A DNA stretch of 28,844 nucleotides, from the IMG/VR virus record IMGVR_UViG_3300020044_001147, positions 1 through 28,844 of that record; one strand, written 5' to 3'. Shown piece by piece: positions 7,847 to 17,379 of the stretch. The number at the start of each line of letters is the position of its first letter. Position 1 is the stretch's first letter. The notes beneath the pieces are model-generated. The model had not been told where the DNA came from, searched no databases, and saw only the letters and a program-made list of their open reading frames with translations. The DNA comes from a virus. Lineage: Duplodnaviria; Caudoviricetes. The position numbers were made by a program, and so were the translations under genes.

Positions 7847-9837
7847 TGCCACGCTTTGTTGACATTCAAACGAACTTCAGCACGGGCGAACTTGACCCCT
7901 TGTTGAGGTCTCGCATTGACTTGGCTCAATACAACAACGCACTAGCCAAGGCCACCAATGTGGTGGTGCAGCCGCAAGGTGGCATACGCCGCCGCCCAGG
8001 TCTAAAGTACATCCATGAGTTGCCAAACACCAGTACCGAGAGCGCTGGCAATGGTGTGCGTTTGGTGCCGTTTGAGTTCTCTGTGGATGACAGCTACATG
8101 TTGTGCTTCACACATAACCGTATGCATGTCATCAAGGATGGAGTCCGAATAACAAGCATCAACGGGGGCGGAAACGACTACCTGACAACTACCGTCACAA
8201 GCGCAATGCTGGGTCAGCTGCAGTGGACTCAGTCTGCAGACACCATGTTTATCGTCCACCCTGACTTGGCCCCTGTCAAGCTGGTGCGGGGCGGTACAGA
8301 CGCGACTTGGACAATCAGCACCGTCACGTTTTCAAACATCCCCAAGTATGCGTTTACCCTGACAACAACAACCCCAACGGCTGGCCACTTAACGCCCAGC
8401 GCGGTATCTGGCAATGTGACGCTGACATCGCAGAACTCAGCATTTAGCGCAAGTAGTGTTGGCCAATACGTCAACGCATACCCGCAGGGCCGGGCGCGGA
8501 TCATTCAATACATCACTAACAGTTCTGTCAAAGCTGTCACTGAGTATCCATTCTTTGATACCAGCAACATTGCCCAAGGCAGCTGGGAGATTGAGTCAGG
8601 CTACGAAGATGTGTGGAGCAGCGGCAAGGGCTGGCCACGCACCGTGACTTTTCATGAGGGCCGTCTGTACTTTGGTGGCTCCAAGTCTCGCCCGTCCACC
8701 ATCTGGGGCAGCAAGATCGGCATCTTTGATGAGTTCATGCCGACCGAGGCATTTGATGATGACGCTGTTGAGGCAACGCTAGACACCAGCTCACTTAATG
8801 TGATCGTAGACATGATCTCTGGCCGTGACTTGCAAGTGTTCACTACAGGCGCTGAGTTCTACGTTCCTCAGTCAGGCACTGATCCAATCACGCCATTGAC
8901 CTTTACGTTTAAGGGCGTGAGCCGGAATGGCATTAAGCCTGGCACCCGTGTGCAGTCTCTTGAGTCTGGCACGGTCTACATACAGCGCCAAGGCAAGTCA
9001 ATCAACGAGTTCCTATTTTCTGACACCCAGCTGACGTATGTGACGCAGCGTATCTCTTTGCTGTCTGGCCATCTGCTCAAGGCTCCGACTAGGATGTCTT
9101 TACGCCGTGCGACCAGCACAGATGAGGGCGACCTGCTTATGATGGTCAATGACACTGACGGCACAATTGCTGCGTTCAGTATCATGCGTTCACAGCAGAT
9201 CACTGCGCCATCCGAGTTTATTACCGATGGATTGTTCAAAGATGTCAGCGTTGATGTGACCGATATCTATGCGGTGGTCAAACGCACGTTTAACAGCGTA
9301 GACCGCTACTTTATTGAGCTCTTTAGCTTTGATCGCTTTACTGATTGCGCATTTATTGGTGGCTCAGCAGGCGGTGTCGGATCTGGATTGCCCCACATTG
9401 GCAAGTCTCTCAATGTGATTTGCGATGGTGTGCCGCAGGGAAATGAGACTGTCAGCTCTGGTGGTGCCGTTACGTTTGACCGAGAGTCAACTACCAGCTA
9501 CGAGGTCGGCCTGCCCTTCACGGTCTACGCCAAGACCATGCCTTCAGAGATCAAGCTGCAGACTGGCACTCGCATTGGCTTTAAGAAGCGGATTGTCGAG
9601 ATCAATGCGTTGGTAGATAACACCCAGCACCTGGCATTAAATCAAAACCCTGTGCCATTTCGCACATTTGACAACCCATTGCTTAATTTGCCAGAGCCAA
9701 CATTCACTGGTAGCAAGCGAGTCAATGGAGTGCTTGGCTACAGCCGCGAGGCGAGCATTGAAATATCACAGAGCTTGCCGCTCAAGATGACCTTGTTGGG
9801 TCTTGAGTACAAGATTGCTGTGACTGGGGGAACTTAA
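7846..9837 (+). CDS. Tail tubular protein B (nozzle), T7 gp12-like
   Basis: QTNFSTGELDP N-terminus, PQGGIRRRPG, WPRTVTFHEGRLYFGG and C-terminal PLKMTLLG. Confidence 0.9.
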   Translation: MPRFVDIQTNFSTGELDPLLRSRIDLAQYNNALAKATNVVVQPQGGIRRRPGLKYIHELPNTSTESAGNGVRLVPFEFSVDDSYMLCFTHNRMHVIKDGVRITSINGGGNDYLTTTVTSAMLGQLQWTQSADTMFIVHPDLAPVKLVRGGTDATWTISTVTFSNIPKYAFTLTTTTPTAGHLTPSAVSGNVTLTSQNSAFSASSVGQYVNAYPQGRARIIQYITNSSVKAVTEYPFFDTSNIAQGSWEIESGYEDVWSSGKGWPRTVTFHEGRLYFGGSKSRPSTIWGSKIGIFDEFMPTEAFDDDAVEATLDTSSLNVIVDMISGRDLQVFTTGAEFYVPQSGTDPITPLTFTFKGVSRNGIKPGTRVQSLESGTVYIQRQGKSINEFLFSDTQLTYVTQRISLLSGHLLKAPTRMSLRRATSTDEGDLLMMVNDTDGTIAAFSIMRSQQITAPSEFITDGLFKDVSVDVTDIYAVVKRTFNSVDRYFIELFSFDRFTDCAFIGGSAGGVGSGLPHIGKSLNVICDGVPQGNETVSSGGAVTFDRESTTSYEVGLPFTVYAKTMPSEIKLQTGTRIGFKKRIVEINALVDNTQHLALNQNPVPFRTFDNPLLNLPEPTFTGSKRVNGVLGYSREASIEISQSLPLKMTLLGLEYKIAVTGGT

Positions 9838-10502
9838 TGGCTGACTTTACTTTTACCGACTTTACTGATTTAGCAAAAACTGGGTTTGACATATTCCAAA
9901 GTAGCGCCAACACAGCGGCTCCATACCTTGGTCTTGCAGCGGCAATCACTGCAGCTGGTGCACAAAAGACTGCAGCCATTTATCAGCAAGGTTTGTATGA
10001 AGTACAAGCAATTGATACTTTGCGGTTTGCTCAAATTCGCACAGACCAAGACCAAAAATATGCCGCAATCCAAGCTGGGCGAAAACTGTTATCGGCTGAG
10101 AGACAGGCTTTAAATTACACCATTCAAGGTAATACATTACTTCGCGGTTTAGAGCAAGCCAACGCAGCAGTGCGAGCCCGTGCTGCAGCCAATGGCATTG
10201 TGTACAACGAAGGATCAGCGGCTAGTGTGCAGGCTGCAAATGTAGGTGCTGTATACCGAGATGTCGGTATGTCAAACCTTAATGCCTTGACTGCTCGCAT
10301 CTTGGGCTTTGAAGACGCTGGCGCAATGATCCTGGCATCCAAAGAACAAGCAGACCTGACCATGAGCGCTGCCGAGGCGCAAGCCAACCAGATGCGCTTG
10401 ACTGGAGATTTTGGTGTCAAGAGTGGTGGTTTGTTGGCTGGTGCCGCCTTGACGAAGGGCGTACTTGACTTTGCGTCGACTGTTAAAAACCCATTTGCAT
10501 AA
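9837..10502 (+). CDS. Putative internal virion (ejection) protein, gp14-like
   Basis: Ala-rich helical 221 aa with RARAAANGI..EGSA. First gene after the nozzle gene. Confidence 0.65.
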   Translation: MADFTFTDFTDLAKTGFDIFQSSANTAAPYLGLAAAITAAGAQKTAAIYQQGLYEVQAIDTLRFAQIRTDQDQKYAAIQAGRKLLSAERQALNYTIQGNTLLRGLEQANAAVRARAAANGIVYNEGSAASVQAANVGAVYRDVGMSNLNALTARILGFEDAGAMILASKEQADLTMSAAEAQANQMRLTGDFGVKSGGLLAGAALTKGVLDFASTVKNPFA

Positions 10503-10508
10503 AAAATC

Positions 10509-12242
10509 ATGGCAGACCTACCACTTATCCAATCAGGCAGAGTCGAGGCGGCAGGCATCCCTGGTGCTGTGCTGCCAACTGTAAACACACCGCAAGTTGA
10601 TTATGTGGGGTTAAAGGCTGGGGCTCAATACCAAGGCACTGTGGCCCAGACCCTAGACCGACTCAGTGTTCAGCTTTTTGGCATTGCAAAGACTGCGGCC
10701 AATGACGCTGGCTTGCAGTATGTGGCAGACAACCCAATAAGTGATGAGCAGATGCTGGCTGCAAAGTCTGGTAATGTTGCGCCTCTCAAGCTGGGCGGCA
10801 CGTTTAGTGCGTATGACCAGGCGGTGCGCAAGGCACGTTCATTTGAGTTGTCAGGCGTATTTGAGATGGAAGCTCGCAGCCAGATGACAAAAATGTTGAC
10901 TGAGGTTGAGCTTGGAAAAACTAACACGGAGCAAGTACAAAACAAGCTCAACACAATGATGGATGGCTTTAGCCGCAGCCTTGCACAAGTTGATCCAGAG
11001 GCATCCCTTAAATTTCGCGCTTCAAGCGCCACCATGGGTAATACAGTGCTGGCCAAAGCAGCCGAGTTTGAGATGAAGCGCGAGAAGGCTAACCGCTTGG
11101 TTAAGTTTGACGTTGATTTTGACAACAACATAAGCTTGCTTGAGGCAGCTGTGTCACAAGGTTTTTGGATCGATCCAAGAACCCAGCAAAAACGCAGCAT
11201 TGAAGATCTGGCCGATGTATATCGTTCAACGATTACAAACAACTCACTGTTGCTAGGCGACATTCAAGTTCAAAAACAATACAGCGACAAGTTTGAGGTT
11301 GCTTTAAAGAGCGCCAAAATCAATGCGGTAACCAAGTTTCTAGTCACTGATAATGTCGCAATGTCAGACACAGAAGCCACCTTAAAGAACATACAAATTG
11401 GCAATGTCGGCAAGATGTCTGATGTGGTTAAGGGTATGTTGTTGAGCGACTATGCCTCAATAGAAAAGGTTTCAGCCAACTTCATGGTGGCTGTCAATGC
11501 GCAAAATTCTGCACTCAATATAAAGAATGCAGCTGACAAGCGTGTCAATGAACAAGCAGGTATTGATCTGCTGGAAAAGATATTTGTGCTGCCCGAAGGC
11601 AATGCCAAGCGCAATCAGTTAATTAAAGATCTGACTGCTTTGCCAGCTGGTGCCGTACCCATTGGCACACTCAAAGATTTGCTTGAGCCAAACAAGGAAG
11701 GCAACCCTGTCGTTGAGTTTAATTTGCTGAATGGCATCTACAACGGCACCATTAACAACCCTCAACAGATCTGGAGCTTGGTTGGTAAGGGTATCAATGG
11801 CAAGCAAGCGATTGGCGCATTAAAGCTTCTTAACTCAGAAGATCGCCGCGACCAGGGTGATCTTGATCGTGGCTTGGCCAAGCTGGCCGGAATCCCCACC
11901 ATGCCAGGCTCTGTCACTGTCCTTGATCCAAAGGGGACAGAGTTTGCGCAGTTGCAGCGTTTGCGAGCTACTGCTCAGCAAATTCAATCACAAGGTCTTA
12001 TTGATGGAAAGGTCTTGACCCCTCGCATGGTGCTGCAACAAATCGAAACTCAACTGGAAGCAACTCGCAATACTGAAGGCGCAAAGGCTGCGCGGCGCAC
12101 ACTTGAGACCGTGTGGGAAAAGAAGGCTGGCGGCAAGATCACACGCGATAGCCTGCCTGCTCTTGAGGGCGGCAAGATATTTAATGCTAATGAGATCAAA
12201 GCAATTAAGCGACTTCTTGACCAAGCAGAAGGAAATCCATAA
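10509..12242 (+). CDS. Putative internal virion (ejection) protein, gp15-like position
   Basis: 577-aa helical ORF. Function inferred from synteny; no catalytic motif recognised. Confidence 0.6.
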   Translation: MADLPLIQSGRVEAAGIPGAVLPTVNTPQVDYVGLKAGAQYQGTVAQTLDRLSVQLFGIAKTAANDAGLQYVADNPISDEQMLAAKSGNVAPLKLGGTFSAYDQAVRKARSFELSGVFEMEARSQMTKMLTEVELGKTNTEQVQNKLNTMMDGFSRSLAQVDPEASLKFRASSATMGNTVLAKAAEFEMKREKANRLVKFDVDFDNNISLLEAAVSQGFWIDPRTQQKRSIEDLADVYRSTITNNSLLLGDIQVQKQYSDKFEVALKSAKINAVTKFLVTDNVAMSDTEATLKNIQIGNVGKMSDVVKGMLLSDYASIEKVSANFMVAVNAQNSALNIKNAADKRVNEQAGIDLLEKIFVLPEGNAKRNQLIKDLTALPAGAVPIGTLKDLLEPNKEGNPVVEFNLLNGIYNGTINNPQQIWSLVGKGINGKQAIGALKLLNSEDRRDQGDLDRGLAKLAGIPTMPGSVTVLDPKGTEFAQLQRLRATAQQIQSQGLIDGKVLTPRMVLQQIETQLEATRNTEGAKAARRTLETVWEKKAGGKITRDSLPALEGGKIFNANEIKAIKRLLDQAEGNP

Positions 12243-14500
12243 TGGCTTACAGCTCAATTGAAGACAAGTACCTATCGGCTTTAACTGCTATTCAGTTTCC
12301 TGATGCGCCGGTTGAGCCGGTGTCGGCTGACATGCCAGAGCAGTCCATGCCTGGCAGACAGCCTGGGGATGTGATGCTGGCCGAGGCTGGCTCGCGTGGT
12401 TTGCCAGAGCAGGCATACAGTGGCCGCTACCCAGATACTGTTCAATCATTTGATCCAACCATGCGCCAGCGCTTGGCTGACTATTTGCAGTCTAGCTTTG
12501 AAGGCTTGGGCATGGATCGTTATAAAGCCCGTCAAAACGCGCAAACACTGATTGGTGGTGGCAGCAGTAACCTGCCATTGAACATAGGTTTAGCTGACTT
12601 TGTGCCTTACTTAGGTACAGGCTTACAAACTGAAGAGGCTGTAAACATGGGCAGCGAAGCAATTGATTCAGCCAAGCGTGGGGATTATGGAACTGCCGCC
12701 TTACAAACTGGTGGCGCAGTTTTAGGTCTTGTGCCGGGTGCGGCTGGAACCATAAAAGCAACTAAGCCATTATTGCCAAAAGCTGGTGAAATGATATTGA
12801 AGAGCATGGATGCACTTGGCACGCCCGTTAGTATGGGTGCCGTGCCACTGGAAAAATACTCCAGCGTTACCGCAAGCACTGCAGCAAAGGTTGACAAAGG
12901 CTCGGTTAAGTTGTCAGACAAAGTGACCCAGGGTCAAGTCCTTCAACTTGCGCCTGAGTATCGCGTCAAAGTTACTGGCGCATATAAACCAGAAGGCAAG
13001 ACACAAAACATACCCAATGCCGTCAACCCCGGCAACTATGAAGAGGCTGCGGTCAGGCTGGATAATTTAGCTGTGTCATTCCCAGACCCGCTTGAGTCGC
13101 CAGAGCGATTCTCTGCCATGTTAACAAACGTCTACAATTCCAACGAAGTTCCGATCCCACCACGCTGGATGATTGAGAATGCCAACGATATGCCCAAATG
13201 GTCAAACTGGTTTGGCCAGATGACCAAAGGTCAATTGGACGAGGCCAACCGTGGCTTTGCAGTGGTAGACAAATTCAAGCAGATCTATACCGACGGCACG
13301 GCAAGCCCTGAGACTACTGGCCGTTTGATGATGTGGGCCATGCTGTCGCGCCGTGCGTCTGCATACCCGCATGAATCAGGCTTTCTTGATCTAGCTGAAT
13401 CGATGACCCCATTGATCCAGAAAGCGCTGCGCGGTGAATATGGCCAAGCTGACATTGATGCTGGCCTACAGATGATCAAGCAATCAATTCCTTCTGGTAG
13501 CCCCGGCAACATGGTGACATCCAATGCCAACGACTTCTTGCGCACATTCCTGCCTAAGATGTCAGAAAAGCTGCCGGATGGTCGTACTAAGTTGCAGGCC
13601 TTGCACGACATGATCGCTGATCCAAACATGACTGGGCCACAGATTCGCCGGGCTTTCTACGGTTTGGCGCAGGATGTTGGTATTAAAAACAAAGTGCTGT
13701 CTTTTGCCTTGCTGGTGTCTGGCCGCGAAGATGTCATGGTGTTGGATCGCATCCAGATCAACCGCCTGTTTGCTGGTGGTGAAAAGATCTACGATGATGT
13801 GGCTCACTTGTTTGATGGTGGCCCTGGACTTGCCATCTATGAGGGATTGGAGCGATCACTTGGCTCTCGCGTTAATCAGCTCTATACCAATGTTGGCCGA
13901 GCCGATCAAGCTAGCTTGGGTCGCTACCACTGGGAAAGCTGGGTGCTGTCGTCTGGACAAGAGGTTGCCCATCCTACCTTGGAGACCATTGTCAAGTCGG
14001 CCAAGGGTGAGACCAACCCGTTTGCCAATGTGCCCGTCAAAGAAGGCCGCATGCATGAGCGTGCGTTTGGCATCAGCTACGAGCGCACACCAGATGGTGG
14101 TAATAAGTTTGTGTTCCCAACCGCCAAGGGTGACAATTATCAATTTACAAAGCCGGGGCTTGATGCTCTTTTTGAGCAGGTCATGGACAAGAAAAATGGC
14201 ATTATCCCCGCAGACTTTCCAGGTGTAAAATACTTCAGCAAAGATACGCTACCTAATGGCAGCACAAACCCGTACTTCGGAAAACCGTGGTACTCATGGC
14301 CGGGAGTCAACCGTGATCGAATCGACGAACTTGCCGCAACCTTCGGCACCAAAATCAATACCGCCAGCGGAGCTGGATCTTTGGAAACAACTGGTGCAAG
14401 CCAAGCTGCCAGCGGATCTATCGGAGCCAAAAGAACTGCCACAAGAAAACGCGCAAGCATAATTCGGGGCGATGCAGCTCCAACGTCTGGAGCTAAGTGA
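12242..14500 (+). CDS. Putative internal virion protein with PT-TG-like segment and HhH-GPD DNA glycosylase-like domain
   Basis: 752 aa, coupled on both sides (TAATG, TGATG). Motifs WAMLSRRAS, GIKNKVLSFALLVSGREDVMVLDR (K484, D502) and YHWESWV. Confidence 0.6.
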   Translation: MAYSSIEDKYLSALTAIQFPDAPVEPVSADMPEQSMPGRQPGDVMLAEAGSRGLPEQAYSGRYPDTVQSFDPTMRQRLADYLQSSFEGLGMDRYKARQNAQTLIGGGSSNLPLNIGLADFVPYLGTGLQTEEAVNMGSEAIDSAKRGDYGTAALQTGGAVLGLVPGAAGTIKATKPLLPKAGEMILKSMDALGTPVSMGAVPLEKYSSVTASTAAKVDKGSVKLSDKVTQGQVLQLAPEYRVKVTGAYKPEGKTQNIPNAVNPGNYEEAAVRLDNLAVSFPDPLESPERFSAMLTNVYNSNEVPIPPRWMIENANDMPKWSNWFGQMTKGQLDEANRGFAVVDKFKQIYTDGTASPETTGRLMMWAMLSRRASAYPHESGFLDLAESMTPLIQKALRGEYGQADIDAGLQMIKQSIPSGSPGNMVTSNANDFLRTFLPKMSEKLPDGRTKLQALHDMIADPNMTGPQIRRAFYGLAQDVGIKNKVLSFALLVSGREDVMVLDRIQINRLFAGGEKIYDDVAHLFDGGPGLAIYEGLERSLGSRVNQLYTNVGRADQASLGRYHWESWVLSSGQEVAHPTLETIVKSAKGETNPFANVPVKEGRMHERAFGISYERTPDGGNKFVFPTAKGDNYQFTKPGLDALFEQVMDKKNGIIPADFPGVKYFSKDTLPNGSTNPYFGKPWYSWPGVNRDRIDELAATFGTKINTASGAGSLETTGASQAASGSIGAKRTATRKRASIIRGDAAPTSGAK

Positions 14501-17343
14501 TGGCCATTCAACCTCTTGATCAACGCCTAAACAGCATCTTACCAACTGCGGCACCAGCTGCAGCGCCAGCTGACCCAAGTAACCTAGAGCCAATGCCAGG
14601 AGCTGCCCAGGAGGGTGGCACCGAGATGCCATTGACTGCCGATCCTGGTACACCATCCATGGATGAAGGCGTTCAAATCGCTGGGCCTGTCGATGCTGCA
14701 CTGCGCAAGCTAATCACCCGGCAAGCCACCAAGGCTGAGCGCAACCTGGTGCCAGAAGCTGCCCGTGCATTACCAGGTGAACTGCCAGACGCTGCCAAGG
14801 CTGGCCGGTATAAGCTGATCCCAGAGGCTGACCAAGTCCTTACTGATGAAGTTGGCCGTGCCGTTAGCCGCAGGCAGACATTTGGCATTACTCAGGGCAA
14901 GCCTGGTGGCAAGCCTGATGAGCCGTTCAACCTTTCCCGCTACCAGACCGAGGATGCTGCGGCCATTGTGGGTGGCGTGGCTGATGCCCTCAACATTCGG
15001 ACCAAGGCTGTAACCTTTGACGAGATCAAAGCCAAGGCTGCAGAGTCAGGAATTGGCGAATCATTCTTGACTAGGCTGATCGGCAGTGACGGCAAGATGA
15101 TGGCCAACGCTGTGGAAACCTACAAGGCGCTTGAGGTGCTTGAGTCTAGCGCCAATGAGTTGGACAAGCTGTTCAAGCTGGTTAACACCGGCACGGCCAC
15201 TGACTCTGACAAGCTCATGCTTCGTCAACAAATTGCGCTGCATGGCTTGATCCAAAAGGGTGTCAAGGGAGTCCAGACCGAAACGGCCCGTGCCTTGGCT
15301 GTGTTTCGTATTCCACGCGATGGCAATGCCCAAGTTATTCGCCAGGTGCTGGACGAGTACGGCGGGGACGGCGCACTGCAAGACATGGCGCGTAGCTACT
15401 TGTCGCTTGAGTCTCGCGCTGCACAGAATGCCATGGTTGAGAAGTCAATGATGTCGGGTGTAAAGGATGTCTGGTTTACCACCTACATTAACGGGCTCTT
15501 GTCATCAGGCGTGTCGCATGCCAAGAACATTGTCTCAAACACAATGTTTGGTTTGTATCAAATTCCAGAGCGCATGGTGGCTTCTTTGTACAGCAATGTG
15601 CTGCCAACAGGTGTGCGCAGTTGGAAGTCTTTGGTGCCAGGCTCTGAGGCTGAGAAGATTGGCATGGACGAGGCGCTGACCATGGTTCAGTCCCTGCGCA
15701 ATGGCATTGTTGAGGGTATGCAGCTGGCCAGCACTGCCTGGAAGAACAACGCCCCCAGTGACTTAATGAGCAAGATTGAGATGCAGCGTGGAAATTACGC
15801 GCCATCAATCAGCTCTGGCTCATTTGGTATTGAGCAAGACAAGTGGTTTGCCAAAGCTATTGACTTTTACGGCACGGCGGTAACCCTGCCTGGTCGAGCC
15901 CTGTTGACCGAGGATGAGTTCTTTAAGGGTGTGCTGTACCGCATGGAACTAAACACCCAGATCACCCGCAGGGGAAAGACTGTCTACCGAGAAGGTGTCG
16001 AGGCTGGCTTGTCCGAGACTGACGCTATGGCCAAGGCCTCCCTTGAGATTGAAGGCTTGTTCCAGAACCCGCCCCGCGATCTAGACGAAGCAGCCATGCT
16101 GTTTGCGCAGAAAGGTACCTTTACTGCTGAGCTACCACCTGCATTGAAAAACTTGCAACAAGTGTTTAGCCATCCAGCGCTCAAGGTAATAGTGCCGTTC
16201 TTCAAGACTCCGGCCAACATTGGCTTGCAAGTGCTTGAGCGCACACCGTTTGCGCCGCTGTCTTCACAGTGGCGTGAAGAGGTGGCTAAAGGTGGTATCT
16301 ACCGCGATATGGCCATGGCCAAAGTCACTTTGGGCTCGGCCTTCTTGGCCACCTTTGCCGCGCTGTCTGCTGAAGGCCAGATTACTGGTCGCGGCCCAGA
16401 GCGCAAAGCAGATCGTGAAGCTCTTATGCGGGATGGATGGCAGCCCTACTCCATCAAGGTTGGCGACAGTTACTACAGCTACCAGGGAATGGAGCCAGTC
16501 TCTGCCCTGATGGCCATTGCTGCCGACTACGCTGAGTATGCCAAGCATGAGCCCGATGCCAGCAAAGTGGAAGAGGTGTTCTTGGGTGCCACCTATGGCC
16601 TGTACGAATACATCAAAGAGCAGCCTTACCTTCAAGGTGTGGCTGATGTGGCCAAACTGATCGGCACTAGCCAGCAAGGCGCTGTTGACGGTAAGAAGAT
16701 TGTTGACGGCCTGGTCAAACAGTTTGGTGGCTTTGTTATTGGCGGCTCACCAGCTGGTGTCTACAGTTCACTGGTGGCCGGTATATCTCGCCTATCAGAT
16801 CCCACTAGGAAAGATACAAGAGCAGATCCTGAGTTGCCAATGGGTGTACGCGGGTTTGTTGAAGCGTTTAACAAGTACAAGTCCCGCCTGCCCTACTTTA
16901 ACTCGGACCTGCCAGAAGCATTGAACCTTTGGGGTGACACGGTCCTGACTTCACGCGGCAACCCTATGGAGCTGATACTGCCTACCCGTGTAAGCCCCGC
17001 CCAGTTCAGCATGGTTGACGATGCACTGGTGCGCATTGGCTCACCCGTAGGGATGCCTGACAAGAAAGTTGATGGGGTGGAAATGAATGCTGAGCAGTAC
17101 AACCGGCTGTTGTTCATTTATGGCAAAGAGTTGCCATCTAAGCAAGCCATCCTAGATGTCATGCTTTCACCAGGATTTACCATTTTGTCGCTGGATGACC
17201 AGCAAAGAACTGTTCAGTCTGTTCACAGCAAATACATGCAAGCGGCTCAAAATCAGTTAAAGCAAGAAGATCCTGCGCTGCAAGCCAGAATTTTTGAATT
17301 AGAAGAACTGAGAAAAGCCAATGGCCTCTATTACAAACCCTAG
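14500..17343 (+). CDS. Large internal virion (ejection) protein, gp16-like position
   Basis: About 947 aa (ATG 14500, or GTG 14497). Motifs YINGLLS, PFFKTPANI, ITGRGP and GWQPYSIKVG. Last gene before the tail fibre. Confidence 0.72.
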   Translation: MAIQPLDQRLNSILPTAAPAAAPADPSNLEPMPGAAQEGGTEMPLTADPGTPSMDEGVQIAGPVDAALRKLITRQATKAERNLVPEAARALPGELPDAAKAGRYKLIPEADQVLTDEVGRAVSRRQTFGITQGKPGGKPDEPFNLSRYQTEDAAAIVGGVADALNIRTKAVTFDEIKAKAAESGIGESFLTRLIGSDGKMMANAVETYKALEVLESSANELDKLFKLVNTGTATDSDKLMLRQQIALHGLIQKGVKGVQTETARALAVFRIPRDGNAQVIRQVLDEYGGDGALQDMARSYLSLESRAAQNAMVEKSMMSGVKDVWFTTYINGLLSSGVSHAKNIVSNTMFGLYQIPERMVASLYSNVLPTGVRSWKSLVPGSEAEKIGMDEALTMVQSLRNGIVEGMQLASTAWKNNAPSDLMSKIEMQRGNYAPSISSGSFGIEQDKWFAKAIDFYGTAVTLPGRALLTEDEFFKGVLYRMELNTQITRRGKTVYREGVEAGLSETDAMAKASLEIEGLFQNPPRDLDEAAMLFAQKGTFTAELPPALKNLQQVFSHPALKVIVPFFKTPANIGLQVLERTPFAPLSSQWREEVAKGGIYRDMAMAKVTLGSAFLATFAALSAEGQITGRGPERKADREALMRDGWQPYSIKVGDSYYSYQGMEPVSALMAIAADYAEYAKHEPDASKVEEVFLGATYGLYEYIKEQPYLQGVADVAKLIGTSQQGAVDGKKIVDGLVKQFGGFVIGGSPAGVYSSLVAGISRLSDPTRKDTRADPELPMGVRGFVEAFNKYKSRLPYFNSDLPEALNLWGDTVLTSRGNPMELILPTRVSPAQFSMVDDALVRIGSPVGMPDKKVDGVEMNAEQYNRLLFIYGKELPSKQAILDVMLSPGFTILSLDDQQRTVQSVHSKYMQAAQNQLKQEDPALQARIFELEELRKANGLYYKP

Positions 17344-17344
17344 A

Positions 17345-17357
17345 AAAAAAGTACAAT
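17345..17357 (+). promoter_or_regulatory. Possible -10 element upstream of the tail fibre gene
   Basis: A-tract followed by TACAAT (17352-17357), the same hexamer as the capsid promoter. No convincing -35. Confidence 0.25.
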
Positions 17358-17379
17358 TTCCAATAGGAAGGATTAAGTT

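Noticed and set aside
10124-11263. Antisense ORFs of 154 and 197 aa
   Set aside because: They are reverse-strand shadows of well-coupled + strand genes and show no recognisable motifs.
9837-17343. Lytic transglycosylase domain expected in a gp16-like protein
   Set aside because: No convincing SLT or lysozyme motif recognised by eye; a profile search would be needed.
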